A DNA stretch of 64,000 nucleotides from Armatimonadota bacterium (GTDB lineage: Bacteria > Armatimonadota > UBA10988). Position numbers and translations under genes: made by a program. The stretch's first letter is position 1, and each line of letters opens with the position of its first letter. Of this stretch, positions 35,107 to 45,418 are shown in pieces. Under the pieces are notes generated by a model. The model saw nothing but the letters and a program-made list of their open reading frames with translations. It had not been told where the DNA came from and did no database searches. The stretch lies in contig JACRKZ010000093.1 in the NCBI GenBank assembly GCA_016235455.1, positions 1 to 64,000 on the forward strand. The letters run 5' to 3'.

Positions 35107-36435
35107 ATGAGGCGATGCCTGACGTTGCTGGCGACCGTTGCGGCCGCCGGCCTGGTGGGCTGCGGCAGCGGCTCCGCGGGCGGCCAAGCCGCCAATCCGG
35201 CCTTCGCGCGGATGACGGTCGGACAGGGCACCAGCCCGACGACGGGTGCCATTGCGGGCAGCGTCACCGATGCCGCCGGCTCGCCGGTGGCCCAAGCGGC
35301 AGTCGTGGTTACCACGGGCGGCACGGGCCGCGCCGCGGGGCAGGGCTCGTTCTCCGTGACTACGGACGCGCTCGGCCATTTCGCCATCGGCAACATGACA
35401 CCAGGCAGATACCACGTCGACGCGACGCACGACGCCTATGGCGGCATGAGTGAGGATGTCGTGGTATCGGCTGGCCAGAACCACGACATGGGCGCCATGC
35501 ACATGGCCCCGACGGGCCAGTCGGGCATGGGCGGCGGCGCCATGGGCCCACAGCCCGATGGCGCCAGCGCCGGTAGTGGCATGGGCATCATCCTGGGCCT
35601 CGTGACCCACGACGACGACATGCCGTTTGAGGGCGTGACGCTGACCACCGGCAACGGCCACTTCACGGCCACTGGGCCCGACGGCCTGTTCGCGCTCGGG
35701 AATCTGCCGCCGGGCCACTACGATGTGACCGCCAGCGGCGCCGAACACCACGATGTCATGCTGAGCGCCGACGTGACCGGTCAGCAGGTCGCTGGTCCGC
35801 TGCACTTCATGATGCTGGACGGCCAGGGCGCGGCCGTGCCGGGCTCAGCGAGTCTGGCCGGGCAGGTCATCAACGCGGCCACGCACGCAGCGGTCGCCGG
35901 CGCACAGGTCTCGGTCATGGCGGGCACGCCCGTCACCTCGATGGCCGACGGCACCTTCGCCCTGGCCGGCGTACGGCCCGGCATGCGCATGCTGCGCGTT
36001 ACGGCAAGCGGTTACCTGCCCTATGCGCAGCCCGTCATGCTCCAGAACGGCGACGCCTTGACTGACGTGGTCGTGGCACTGGACACCGTGCCAGCCAGCG
36101 CCTCCGCCACTGGCACCATCCACGCCATGGTCACCGACTCGGTGAGTGGCCTGCCCATCGGCGGCGCGGCGGTGCAGATCGACAACCGTCGCCCGTTCCA
36201 CACCGGTGCCGATGGCACCGCCACGATCACCGGGGTGCCAGCGGGCGCCCATGCGGTGCGCATCGGGGCACGCAGACATCTCATGCACGAGGAGCAGGTG
36301 ACGGTGCTGGCCGACCAGACCGTGCACGTACCAGCGGCGCCGCAGCCGGCCACCGATCTGCAAGTCGGCGACGGCCATGGCCCCATGGGCCACGGCGGTG
36401 GCGGCGGCGGTGGTATGGGCGGAATGCGCCACTGA
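35107..36435 (+). CDS. His/Met-rich lipoprotein with four carboxypeptidase-regulatory-like beta-sandwich repeats
   Basis: GGAGA RBS; lipobox LVG-C; repeats of G.V.D..G.P...A.V..T...G.F.....PG.Y.V.A. Confidence 0.85.
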   Translation: MRRCLTLLATVAAAGLVGCGSGSAGGQAANPAFARMTVGQGTSPTTGAIAGSVTDAAGSPVAQAAVVVTTGGTGRAAGQGSFSVTTDALGHFAIGNMTPGRYHVDATHDAYGGMSEDVVVSAGQNHDMGAMHMAPTGQSGMGGGAMGPQPDGASAGSGMGIILGLVTHDDDMPFEGVTLTTGNGHFTATGPDGLFALGNLPPGHYDVTASGAEHHDVMLSADVTGQQVAGPLHFMMLDGQGAAVPGSASLAGQVINAATHAAVAGAQVSVMAGTPVTSMADGTFALAGVRPGMRMLRVTASGYLPYAQPVMLQNGDALTDVVVALDTVPASASATGTIHAMVTDSVSGLPIGGAAVQIDNRRPFHTGADGTATITGVPAGAHAVRIGARRHLMHEEQVTVLADQTVHVPAAPQPATDLQVGDGHGPMGHGGGGGGGMGGMRH

Positions 36436-36705
36436 CGACGGCTTGGCCAATAGCCTATGCAGAGCGAACAGGGCCGAGCAGCGCCGCTGCTTGGCCCCGT
36501 TCGCTTGGGGCTTGGGGCGCACGGCGCCATCGCGGGCACGCGGCCCTTGGCGGCCGAGTCTGCACGGTCGTCAGTTGCCTGGGCACGACCTGGCAAAGAA
36601 GGCCGAGGGCCCAAGACAGCTGTGGACCGCGGCGCGGAGCTGAGCGCCACCTACCCGCGCGCGGCCAGCGGTGCTACACTGCCGCGACCGATGCGGGAGG
36701 CAACC

Positions 36706-39069
36706 ATGCGGATCCTAGGGGCGAGTCTGGCGGTGTTGTTGTGCCTGGCGCCGACGCTGGCCGACACCACGCTGACGGCCGGCGCGCTGGGCGCGACCGT
36801 CGCGGACAGCGGTGGCCTGACCAGCCTGACCGTCGATGGTGTCGAGTGGCTGGGCCCCAAGGCTGGCGGGCTGCGCGGCTTCTACTTCTACCAGGACAAG
36901 CCGCTGACGCTGAGCAAGGTGGAGAAGCAGGGCGCTGCCGCCGTGCTGGCTAGCGCCGACTTTGGCAGCGTGCGCTACGAGTTCGGCGAGGCCGGCGGCA
37001 CGTGGTTGGTCACCAACGCCACCGACAAGCCGATGGAGTTCGTCGGCCTGTTCGAGGCGCCGACACATGTGGCCAACGACAAGGGCGAGATGGTCAAGGC
37101 GCTGGGCAACCAGCCGTGGCCGACCACGTCGTGGTTCGTCGACAAGCGCAAGCTGACCATCACCGGAGGCACCCGCATCTGGGGACCCTACTCCAAGACG
37201 TTGGAGGTGTGGCACTGCACGCTGGCGCCAAAGGAGGCGCGCACCATCACGTTGACGCTGGGCAACGCGTCCGAGGCGGAGCTGTCGGTGATGGCGGGCA
37301 AGGCGCCAGCGCCGACCGCACCGGCCGTGCCGGCCGCGCCGGCTGCGCCGGCGTTGGGCGAGCGCGTGGTGATGTGCGATGCCTACAGCGCGACGGTCGG
37401 CGAGGACGGATGCGTGACCAGCCTGAAGACCGGCGGGCAGGAGTTCCTGGTCAGCGCCGCGGGCTTCCCGCGCGGTGGCTATTTCTTCCAGGGCACGGGC
37501 ATCGTGCGCATGGCCCGAGTCAACCAGCCCGAGCCTGGCGTGGTGCTGGCCGACGGCGACAAGTGTGCAGCCAAGTATGAGTTCGCCGCCAAGGGGCAGA
37601 CCTGGAGCCTGACCAACAAGACGGACCAGCCGATGCTGTTCGTGGTGGTGATGGACGCCGGGGTGGGCGCGGTGTGCAACGAGCAGGGCACGTTCGCCAA
37701 GCCGCCCATCGAGCGCCCGTGGGGCACGGCGACGTGGTTCCGCGGCGAGGCCAATGTGACCCTGGCCGGCGGCACGCGCATCTGGGGACCTTGGAACGAC
37801 AAGCACGCCATCTGGGAGACATCGATCCCGGCGCATGGCACGACCAAGGTTGACGTCAAGGTAGGCGCGGCGAGCCCCGAGCAGGTGGGTCAGGCGCTGA
37901 AGGTGGCAGCCGCGGCGCGTGAGGTGCCGCGTGATCCGGACGGACCAATGTGGGATTTGCAGCGCTTCGCGGCCGCGCCGCGTGTGTGGCCGGCCGAGGG
38001 CTTCACCAGCCCCGACTGCCGATCCGTCTACTTCGAGGGACCAGCCTACCAGGGCAAGCCGACCAAGGTGTTCGCCTGGATCGGCCTGCCCAAGGTCGAG
38101 CCGGGCACGAAGGTGCCGGCCATGGTGCTGGTGCACGGCGGAGGTGGCACGGCATTCGACGCGTGGGTGCGGCGCTGGACCAGTCGCGGCTACGCGGCCA
38201 TCGCCATGGACACCTGCGGCTGCGTGCCGCACGGCGAGTACGGCAAATGGGACCGCAACCCCGAAGGCGGCCCTCCCGGCTGGGGCGGCTACGGCCAGAT
38301 CGACGATCCGCGTGAGGATCAGTGGACCTTTAACGCCGTCGCGAGCGCGCTGCTCGCTCATTCACTGCTGCGCAGCCTGCCCGAGGTCGATCCTGACCGC
38401 GTCGGGCTGACCGGCATCTCGTGGGGCGGCTATCTGGCCAGCCTCCTGGCCGGCGTCGACTCGCGGCTCAAGTGCGTCATCCCCGTGTATGGCTGCGGCT
38501 TCACCAACGAGCACAGCTTCGCGGGTAGCGTCGCCGCGCTGGGGCCGGAGCGCGCCGCGCGGTGGATGCGCTGGTGGGATCCGTCGGCCTATCTGGCCAA
38601 CGCCAAGATGCCCATGTGCTGGGTGACCGGCACCAACGATTTTGCCTACACCTTCAATGCGCTGCAGAAGAGCTATCGACTGCCCACCGGGCCGCGCACG
38701 CTGTGCATCCGCCTGCGCATGCCGCACGGCCATGGCGACGCGGGCGAGGGGCCGGCAGAGATCTTCGCCTTTGCCGACAGCGTGCTCAAGGGCGGCGTGC
38801 CGCTGGCCAAGATGAGCGCGGCCAAGCGCGACAAGCTGGCGGTCTCGGCGACGGTGGAGAGCCGCGCGGCGATCAAGAAGGCGGAGCTGTGCTTCACCAA
38901 GGACCGCGTGCGTTGGCCTGACCGCCTTTGGCAGACGGTGCCGGCCACCCTTGACGGCACCCGCCTGAGCGCCACACTGCCCGAGGGTGTCAGTTGCTGG
39001 TACCTCAATGTGTTCGATGATCGGGATCTGTGCATCAGTACCGAGCACGAGGAGATTCCGGCCGGCTGA
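36706..39069 (+). CDS. Secreted alpha/beta-hydrolase (acetyl esterase-like) with duplicated N-terminal domain
   Basis: GGAGG RBS, signal peptide, LVHGGGG, GISWGG nucleophile elbow, GTND, MPHGH; two N-terminal repeats each containing GGTRIWGP. Confidence 0.87.
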   Translation: MRILGASLAVLLCLAPTLADTTLTAGALGATVADSGGLTSLTVDGVEWLGPKAGGLRGFYFYQDKPLTLSKVEKQGAAAVLASADFGSVRYEFGEAGGTWLVTNATDKPMEFVGLFEAPTHVANDKGEMVKALGNQPWPTTSWFVDKRKLTITGGTRIWGPYSKTLEVWHCTLAPKEARTITLTLGNASEAELSVMAGKAPAPTAPAVPAAPAAPALGERVVMCDAYSATVGEDGCVTSLKTGGQEFLVSAAGFPRGGYFFQGTGIVRMARVNQPEPGVVLADGDKCAAKYEFAAKGQTWSLTNKTDQPMLFVVVMDAGVGAVCNEQGTFAKPPIERPWGTATWFRGEANVTLAGGTRIWGPWNDKHAIWETSIPAHGTTKVDVKVGAASPEQVGQALKVAAAAREVPRDPDGPMWDLQRFAAAPRVWPAEGFTSPDCRSVYFEGPAYQGKPTKVFAWIGLPKVEPGTKVPAMVLVHGGGGTAFDAWVRRWTSRGYAAIAMDTCGCVPHGEYGKWDRNPEGGPPGWGGYGQIDDPREDQWTFNAVASALLAHSLLRSLPEVDPDRVGLTGISWGGYLASLLAGVDSRLKCVIPVYGCGFTNEHSFAGSVAALGPERAARWMRWWDPSAYLANAKMPMCWVTGTNDFAYTFNALQKSYRLPTGPRTLCIRLRMPHGHGDAGEGPAEIFAFADSVLKGGVPLAKMSAAKRDKLAVSATVESRAAIKKAELCFTKDRVRWPDRLWQTVPATLDGTRLSATLPEGVSCWYLNVFDDRDLCISTEHEEIPAG

Positions 39070-39217
39070 GACAACGGCGATCCGAATGGCGGACCGGCTT
39101 CAGGCGGGGCACGGGCGTGAGTCCAGAGCGGCATGTCGCCTGAAGGCGGTACTCTCCGCGGCAGGCCCAGCAGGCGTGGGTCGCGCGCTCACAATGTGGT
39201 AGAACAACCGGAGGACC

Positions 39218-40618
39218 ATGCCCAACGCACACCAGCCAGCCGACAGCCCTGCCGCCCGGCCCGCCGAACGACGGCGGCGGCTCAACACGGCCCTCAGTCT
39301 GGCCGGCGTGGTGGGCGATGCGGTGGTGCTCAACCTGGCCATGGTGCTGGCCTTCTGGTTGCGCTTTCGTAGCGGCTGGCTGGCCGTGCCCAAAGGCGAG
39401 CCGCTGACGCTCGAAGCCTACTGGGGCGCCATGGTCGCGGTGACCGGCGTGTGGTGGGTGGTGTTTGGCTGGCTCGGCCTGTACCGGCCGCGTCCCTGGT
39501 CCACCGCGCTCGATGAAGCCTATCGCGTGCTCATTGCGTCGGTCGGCGTGCTGGTGGCGTCACTGGCGCTCAGCTTCCTGTATCGCTCGTCAGAGTATTC
39601 GCGGCTGACTGCCGGGCTGGCCTTCTTCCTGGCGGTGCTGCTGGCCATGACCCAACGGGCCGTGGGGCTGAGGCTGGTCAAGGGCCTGCTGCGACAGCCA
39701 GGCTATCGCACCCGCGTGGCGCTGCTAGGCACGCCGCCCGAGGTGCGCGAGGCGATTGGCGATGACCGTGAGGTGGTGCTCGAGCTGCCCGCCGATGCCG
39801 ATCATCTGGCGCAGGTGCGCTGTGGCGTCGAGCACGGCGACATCGATGAGGTCATGCTCAGACGGCACGGCTTGGACAGCAACACGCTCGTGGCACTGTT
39901 CCGCGCGTGTGAGTCGGTCGGCGCGGCAGTGGTACTTGTCGCCGACCAGGTTGACCTGCTGCTGGCGCGGGGCACGCGCGAGGACACGGCCGGAGTGCCG
40001 CTGGTCCGGGTGCGCGACGTGCCGCTGGATTCCGCGCAACGCGCCATCAAACGGCTGGCCGACCTGGTCATCGGCGGCGTGCTGCTGGTGCTGTGCGCGC
40101 CGCTGATGCTGCTGTTGGGCCATCTGGTGCGCCACGGTTCGCCGGGGCCGGCGCTGCTGCGGCAGACGCGCGTGACCGAAGGCGGGCGCCAGTTCGCGTG
40201 CCTCAAGTTCCGCTCCATGGTGGTCGACGCCGAGGCCGGCACGGGCGCCGTGTGGACCCAACGCGGCGACCCGCGCGTGACGCCCATCGGCCGGTTCTTG
40301 CGGCGCACCAGTCTCGATGAACTGCCGCAACTGATCAATATCGTGCGCGGTGAGATGAGCCTCATCGGCCCGCGGCCCGAGCGGCCGGAGTTCGTCAATC
40401 AGTTCATCGAGGAGATCCCGCGCTACGACGATCGCCATCGCATGCCCGCCGGCCTGACCGGCTGGGCGCAAGCCAATGGCGAGCGCGGTAGCGACAGCCA
40501 GATCGGCCGGCGCACGCGGTTCGATCTGTTCTACGTGGATAACTGGTCGCTGATGCTCGACCTGCAGATCCTGGTCAAGACCGCCGCCGAGGTGTTCTTC
40601 CATCGGGGAGCCTACTGA
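39218..40618 (+). CDS. Polyprenyl-phosphate hexose-1-phosphate transferase (WcaJ/WbaP-like)
   Basis: N-terminal TMs; KRLADL, KFRSM, DPRVTPIGRFLRRTSLDELPQL, GEMSLIGPRPE, GLTGWAQ. Confidence 0.93.
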   Translation: MPNAHQPADSPAARPAERRRRLNTALSLAGVVGDAVVLNLAMVLAFWLRFRSGWLAVPKGEPLTLEAYWGAMVAVTGVWWVVFGWLGLYRPRPWSTALDEAYRVLIASVGVLVASLALSFLYRSSEYSRLTAGLAFFLAVLLAMTQRAVGLRLVKGLLRQPGYRTRVALLGTPPEVREAIGDDREVVLELPADADHLAQVRCGVEHGDIDEVMLRRHGLDSNTLVALFRACESVGAAVVLVADQVDLLLARGTREDTAGVPLVRVRDVPLDSAQRAIKRLADLVIGGVLLVLCAPLMLLLGHLVRHGSPGPALLRQTRVTEGGRQFACLKFRSMVVDAEAGTGAVWTQRGDPRVTPIGRFLRRTSLDELPQLINIVRGEMSLIGPRPERPEFVNQFIEEIPRYDDRHRMPAGLTGWAQANGERGSDSQIGRRTRFDLFYVDNWSLMLDLQILVKTAAEVFFHRGAY

Positions 40619-40619
40619 C

Positions 40620-42800
40620 ATGGCCAAGATTCGCTGGCGACCGGCCGATGTGGCCATGGCGGCACTGCTGCTGGCCACGGCCGTGGGCCTGGGCTGGGCT
40701 TGGCTCGACCGGCCGCTGGTGGGCAACGACATCGAGTGGCAGTACCTGCCGGGCCATGCCTGGCTGGGTCGCGCGGTGGCCGGCGGCGAACTGCCGCTGT
40801 GGTGCAGCGAGGCCGGCGCGGGCTTCCCGCTCGTGGCCGAGGGGCAGATCGGCCCGTTCTATCCCGGCAACCTGCTGCGCGTGACCAGCCTGCCACCGTG
40901 GCGGGCCTACGGCCTGACCATGCTGCTGCATCTGGCGCTGGCTGGGCTGGGCGTGTATGTGCACCTGCGGCTGCTCGGCGCGCGCCGGCTGGCGGCGCTC
41001 ATCGCCGGCATGACGTTCATGGGCTCCGGCCCCATCCTTGCGCGCGCGGTCCATCTGAACCTGTTCGAGGGCCTGTGCTGGCTGCCCTGGCTGGGCGTTG
41101 GCCTGGAGTTGGCGCTGCGTGGCCGGCGGGCGCTGGTCGGCGGTGTGGCCGTCGGCATGATGTTGCTCGCGGGGCACCAGCATCCGCTGCTGCTCTCCAC
41201 GCTGTTCGCGCCGCTCTACCTGATCGGCCGCCGTCTGGTCGGCGATGTGGACGCCAGCTGGCGCGATCTGCCGAAACGGGTCCTGACACCGTTTTTGCTG
41301 GGCGCGCTGCTGGGGGCCGCGGCCTGGCTGCCGTTGGCGGAGCTGGTGCCCCAGGGCGAGCGCGCGGCGGGGCTCACCCTCGAGTCGCGAACCGTGCTGT
41401 CGCTGGAGCCAGCGGGACTCTATGCGCTGATCGCTCCGCAGTGGTTCGGCTCGCCCCATGCGGTCGACCAGTCGCCGATGCGGCGGTTCGGGGTGGTGCT
41501 CCCGTATGAGTGGTGCCCGTATGTGGGCCTGGTGCCGCTACTGGCGCTGTGCTGGCTGGGCGGGCTTGGGCGGCGCTGGCGTTGGTTGTTTGGGCTCATG
41601 GCGCTGGGCGGGCTGCTGTTGGCCATGGGCCGCGTGCTGCCGTTCTACCCAGCGCTCAGCTACCTGCCGGGCTGGTCCATGGTGCGCGGTCCGGGCCGGC
41701 TGCTGCCGTTGTTCGCCTACGGCCTGGCGCTGCTGCTGGGCCTGACCTTGAGCGAGCACACGCTGCGCGGCGGGCCCGTAGGGCGGCCCAGGCTCTACGC
41801 CCTGCTGGCCACACTGTTTGCTGCCCTGCTCCTGGCCGGGATAGCGTGGCTCCTGGCCACGGCGCCGAGCCGCAATGGTGAGCCCTGGTGGCGTGCCGGA
41901 TCGGTCGTGGGCTGCGCCACGCTGCTGCTGGCGCTGCGGGTCAAGGCCGGGCGTGGTCGGCTGTGGCTGTCGGCCTTGGCGCTGGTCGTGGCCGCCGACC
42001 TGATCAGCGCTTTCTCGGGCTACTACGCGCTAGGCGAAACCGACTACTACGACCCACCGGTGGGCGTTGCCGCCATGGGTGACGCGCCGGTGCGGCTGAT
42101 GGCACCCGACTACCACGGCGTGCTTGGATCCAACCGCCATCTGCTCTATCCCGGCATCGCCAACGTCGGGCTGCGCAGCGTCTTGGCCACGGCACGCACC
42201 ATGCACCTCGGCGCTCTGCTGGAGAAAGGCCGTCGCGATGGCGATAGCGCGGGCCGCACCTGGCTGTCGTTGCTGCGAGTGACCGCGACGCAGTCCCTGC
42301 AGACGCCCGAGCGGTCGGTGCCGCGGCTGCGGCTGAAGCCCACCGGTGTGCCGCCGGCGCCGGATGCCTGGCTGGTGCCGCGTGTGGAACGGGCCGCTTC
42401 GGCCCAGGCCAGCCTGGAGCGCGTCTCACGGCCCGACTGGCGGCCTGACGCCGTGGCCCTTGTCGAAGGCCGCGCGCCGGCGGTGGCGGCGTCCACCCTC
42501 GGCACGATCGGTGTGGTGCGCCACCTGTCGCGCCAGCGGCTGGCCGTGGCGACCGATTGCCAGGAGGCGCAGATGCTGGTGGTTGGTCAGTCGGCCTATC
42601 CCGGCTGGCGCTGCTATCAGCAGGGCCGCTCCAGTGCGGTGCGCGTGGTGGATCACGCCCTGGCCGGGGCGGTCGTGGCGCCGGGCCGGGGCTGGGTACG
42701 GCTCGTCTTCGAGCCGACCACGCAGCGGTTGGGCCTGTTCCTGAGCTTGCTGGGACTGGCGCTGGTGGTCGCGATGTGGATCGGTGGGCGCCATGAGTGA
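40620..42800 (+). CDS. YfhO-like polytopic membrane protein (GT-C superfamily)
   Basis: GELPLW...GAGFP..A..Q.GPFYP, many TMs, C-terminal YPGW and final TM, typical of YfhO. Confidence 0.8.
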   Translation: MAKIRWRPADVAMAALLLATAVGLGWAWLDRPLVGNDIEWQYLPGHAWLGRAVAGGELPLWCSEAGAGFPLVAEGQIGPFYPGNLLRVTSLPPWRAYGLTMLLHLALAGLGVYVHLRLLGARRLAALIAGMTFMGSGPILARAVHLNLFEGLCWLPWLGVGLELALRGRRALVGGVAVGMMLLAGHQHPLLLSTLFAPLYLIGRRLVGDVDASWRDLPKRVLTPFLLGALLGAAAWLPLAELVPQGERAAGLTLESRTVLSLEPAGLYALIAPQWFGSPHAVDQSPMRRFGVVLPYEWCPYVGLVPLLALCWLGGLGRRWRWLFGLMALGGLLLAMGRVLPFYPALSYLPGWSMVRGPGRLLPLFAYGLALLLGLTLSEHTLRGGPVGRPRLYALLATLFAALLLAGIAWLLATAPSRNGEPWWRAGSVVGCATLLLALRVKAGRGRLWLSALALVVAADLISAFSGYYALGETDYYDPPVGVAAMGDAPVRLMAPDYHGVLGSNRHLLYPGIANVGLRSVLATARTMHLGALLEKGRRDGDSAGRTWLSLLRVTATQSLQTPERSVPRLRLKPTGVPPAPDAWLVPRVERAASAQASLERVSRPDWRPDAVALVEGRAPAVAASTLGTIGVVRHLSRQRLAVATDCQEAQMLVVGQSAYPGWRCYQQGRSSAVRVVDHALAGAVVAPGRGWVRLVFEPTTQRLGLFLSLLGLALVVAMWIGGRHE

Positions 42801-44325
42801 GGGGTTGCGTCGCCGGCTGCCGGGTCTGGCGCTGTTCGGCGTGGTGATGTTGTGCTTCGTCTTCGGTACCGTCTTCGCCACGGGCGAGCGCCCCAACCAG
42901 GACGAGGGCTGGTACCTGAACGCGGCACGGCTGGTCATGGCCGGGCACACACCGTATGTCGATTTCGCCTACGTGCAGCCGCCCCTGCTGCCGTATGTCT
43001 ACGGCCTGCTCGGCGGGCATCACACCCTCGAGGCCGGCCGCGCGGTGAGCCTGTTGTTCGGCACGCTGACCGTGCTGCTGGTCGGGTTGGCCGCTTGGCG
43101 TGACGGCGCGCTGAGCGGCCTCGTCGCCGCCAGCCTGCTGGCCTTCTGCCCCTTCGCGCTGTCGCAACAGAGCATCGTCAAGACCTATGCGCTGACCAAT
43201 GCGCTGACCGCGCTGGCGCTGCTGCTGGCGCTGCGGGTGCCCGGGCGGCGCGGCCTGGTCGGCGCTTCGCTGGCCTTCGCCCTGGCGGCGTTGACCCGTA
43301 ACTCCGCCGCGGTGGTGCTGGTGGCCTGGTGGCTGTGGCTGGCCGTCGACCGTGAGCGGCGGCGCGACCTGCCGCTGGCCGTCGCCGCGTCGTGCGCGCC
43401 GCTGGTCCTGGCCTACCTGCCGTTGGGCCTGATGGACCCCGCGGCGCTGCGCTACAACCTGGTTGGCCACCATGCCGCGCAAAGCGCCGGCGGCGACCTG
43501 GGCCAGGTGCTCGTGGCAGCCATTGTCGTCGTGCGCCAGATGACCGCCGCGGCGCCGGCCATGGCCGCGCTCATCGCGGCTGGGCTGTGGCTGGAGCGGT
43601 CCACGGCCGACCGCGGGCCGCTCGATCTGGCAGCGCTGCTGTTTGGCCTGCTGGCGGCGGGCCATTTCGTTTCGGCGCATCCCTACCAGGAGTACCAGGT
43701 GCTCTGCCTGCCGGCTGGCGCGGTGCTGGCCGGGCTGTGCTGGGGGCGCATCACCGCGCGTTCGGCTGAGCGCGCCACGCTCCTGGCACTGCTGACGGCG
43801 GTGGTCGGACTGGTGCCGTTGCTGGCCATGGGGCCGACATTGTGGAAGCTGCCCGGTCTGGCCATGCCCGGTGGGATCCACGCTCCGCTACGCAAGGTCG
43901 CGGCCATCGTGCGCGCCAATGTGCCCGCCGGCCAGCCCGTGCTGACCTTCCAGAGCGACGTGGCGGTGGAAGCCGGCCGGCCGCTCACGCCCGGGCTGAC
44001 GCTCGCCTCGTTCAGTTTCGTCTCGTCAGACGACGAGGCCCGCCGGCTGCACCTGATGAGCCCCGGCTTGCTCCGCGCCGAACTCGAATCGCGTCGGCCG
44101 GCCGCGGTGGTGGTGTCGCCGGGCGATCTGGCGCGCATCTTCCGCGCGCGCTGGAAGGAAGACCGGTTGGTGCCGGCCGAGGGGCTGGACACCGATGCGC
44201 GCCGCCTGTATGAACCCATTGTCGAGGCGCTGGACACCAACTACCGGCTGGTCGGCAGTGTCGACGGCGTCGGCCAGTTCGGTGAGTCGTTCTGGGTACT
44301 GGCGCGGCGAGGAGAAGCACGGTGA
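42793..44325 (+). CDS. GT-C fold membrane glycosyltransferase (ArnT/PMT-like)
   Basis: NQDEGWY after TM1, PYVDFAYVQPP, multiple TMs, periplasmic C-terminal domain. Confidence 0.78.
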   Translation: MSEGLRRRLPGLALFGVVMLCFVFGTVFATGERPNQDEGWYLNAARLVMAGHTPYVDFAYVQPPLLPYVYGLLGGHHTLEAGRAVSLLFGTLTVLLVGLAAWRDGALSGLVAASLLAFCPFALSQQSIVKTYALTNALTALALLLALRVPGRRGLVGASLAFALAALTRNSAAVVLVAWWLWLAVDRERRRDLPLAVAASCAPLVLAYLPLGLMDPAALRYNLVGHHAAQSAGGDLGQVLVAAIVVVRQMTAAAPAMAALIAAGLWLERSTADRGPLDLAALLFGLLAAGHFVSAHPYQEYQVLCLPAGAVLAGLCWGRITARSAERATLLALLTAVVGLVPLLAMGPTLWKLPGLAMPGGIHAPLRKVAAIVRANVPAGQPVLTFQSDVAVEAGRPLTPGLTLASFSFVSSDDEARRLHLMSPGLLRAELESRRPAAVVVSPGDLARIFRARWKEDRLVPAEGLDTDARRLYEPIVEALDTNYRLVGSVDGVGQFGESFWVLARRGEAR

Positions 44326-45410
44326 AGCTGGCGCTGGTCCATGAATGGCTGACCAACATGGCGGGCAGTGAGCGCGTGCTGGGCGCCATGGCCGAGCTGT
44401 GGCCCGCCGCGCCGGTCTACACCAGCGTCTACGCGCCCGAGTCACTGCCGCCTGAGTTCGCGCCCGGCTCCATGGACGTGCGCTGCTCGTGGCTCCAGCA
44501 GGTGCCCGGCGCCAACCGCCACTGGCGCGCGCTGCTGCCGTTCATGCCCAGCGCGTTCGAGAGCTTTGACCTCAGCGGCTACGATACCGTCATCACCAAC
44601 TGCCATCAGTGCGCCAAGGGCGTGCTGACCCCGGTGCATACGCGGCACATCTGCTACTGCTACACGCCGATCCGCTATGCCTGGGAGATGCCGCACCGCT
44701 ATCTGGCCGAGGCCGGGCCGCTCGCACGCCTGCTGCTGCCGCCCGTGCTGCGGCGGCTGCGCGTCTGGGACTACGTTGCTGCCCAGCGGCCGGACCACTA
44801 CATCGCCATCTCGCGGTTCGTCGGTCGGCGCATCGAGAAGCACTACCGCCGCGCCGTGGATGCCGTCATCTACCCGCCGGTGGTCACCGCTGACTACGCG
44901 CCGGCAGCCACGCGCGAGGACTTCTACCTGGTGGTCTCGCGGCTGGTGGGCTACAAGCAGGTCGACCTGGCTGCCGCGGCGTTCACCGAGCTGGGCCTGC
45001 CGCTCAAGATCGTCGGCGTCGGCCCCGATGAGGCGCGCGTGCGCGCCGCCGCCGGGCCGACCGTCGAATTGCTGGGCTGGCGCGACGACGCCGCCGTGCG
45101 CGACCTCTACAGCCGCGCGCGCGGCTTGGTCTTCTGCGGCGTCGAGGATTTCGGTCTGACACCCGTGGAAGCTCAGGCCAGCGGCTGCCCGGTGGTCGCG
45201 TTGGGCCGCGGCGGCACGTTGGAGACCGTGGTCGAGGACGAAACCGGCCTGTTCTTCGCCGAGCCGACCGTCACCGCGCTGGCCGACGCCGTGCGGCGCT
45301 TTGCGGCGCGCGACTGGTCGGTCGAGGCCTGCCGAGCCAACGCGCGCCGCTTCGATGTCGCGCTGTTCAAGCAGCAGTTGGCCGACTTCGTGGCGGGCAC
45401 TGCTGGCTGA
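44322..45410 (+). CDS. Glycosyltransferase family 4
   Basis: ALVHEWL..GSERVL, CYTPIRYAW, SRLVGYK, EDFGLTPVEAQASG (ExxxxxxxE). Confidence 0.94.
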   Translation: MKLALVHEWLTNMAGSERVLGAMAELWPAAPVYTSVYAPESLPPEFAPGSMDVRCSWLQQVPGANRHWRALLPFMPSAFESFDLSGYDTVITNCHQCAKGVLTPVHTRHICYCYTPIRYAWEMPHRYLAEAGPLARLLLPPVLRRLRVWDYVAAQRPDHYIAISRFVGRRIEKHYRRAVDAVIYPPVVTADYAPAATREDFYLVVSRLVGYKQVDLAAAAFTELGLPLKIVGVGPDEARVRAAAGPTVELLGWRDDAAVRDLYSRARGLVFCGVEDFGLTPVEAQASGCPVVALGRGGTLETVVEDETGLFFAEPTVTALADAVRRFAARDWSVEACRANARRFDVALFKQQLADFVAGTAG

Positions 45411-45418
45411 GCGGGCTG

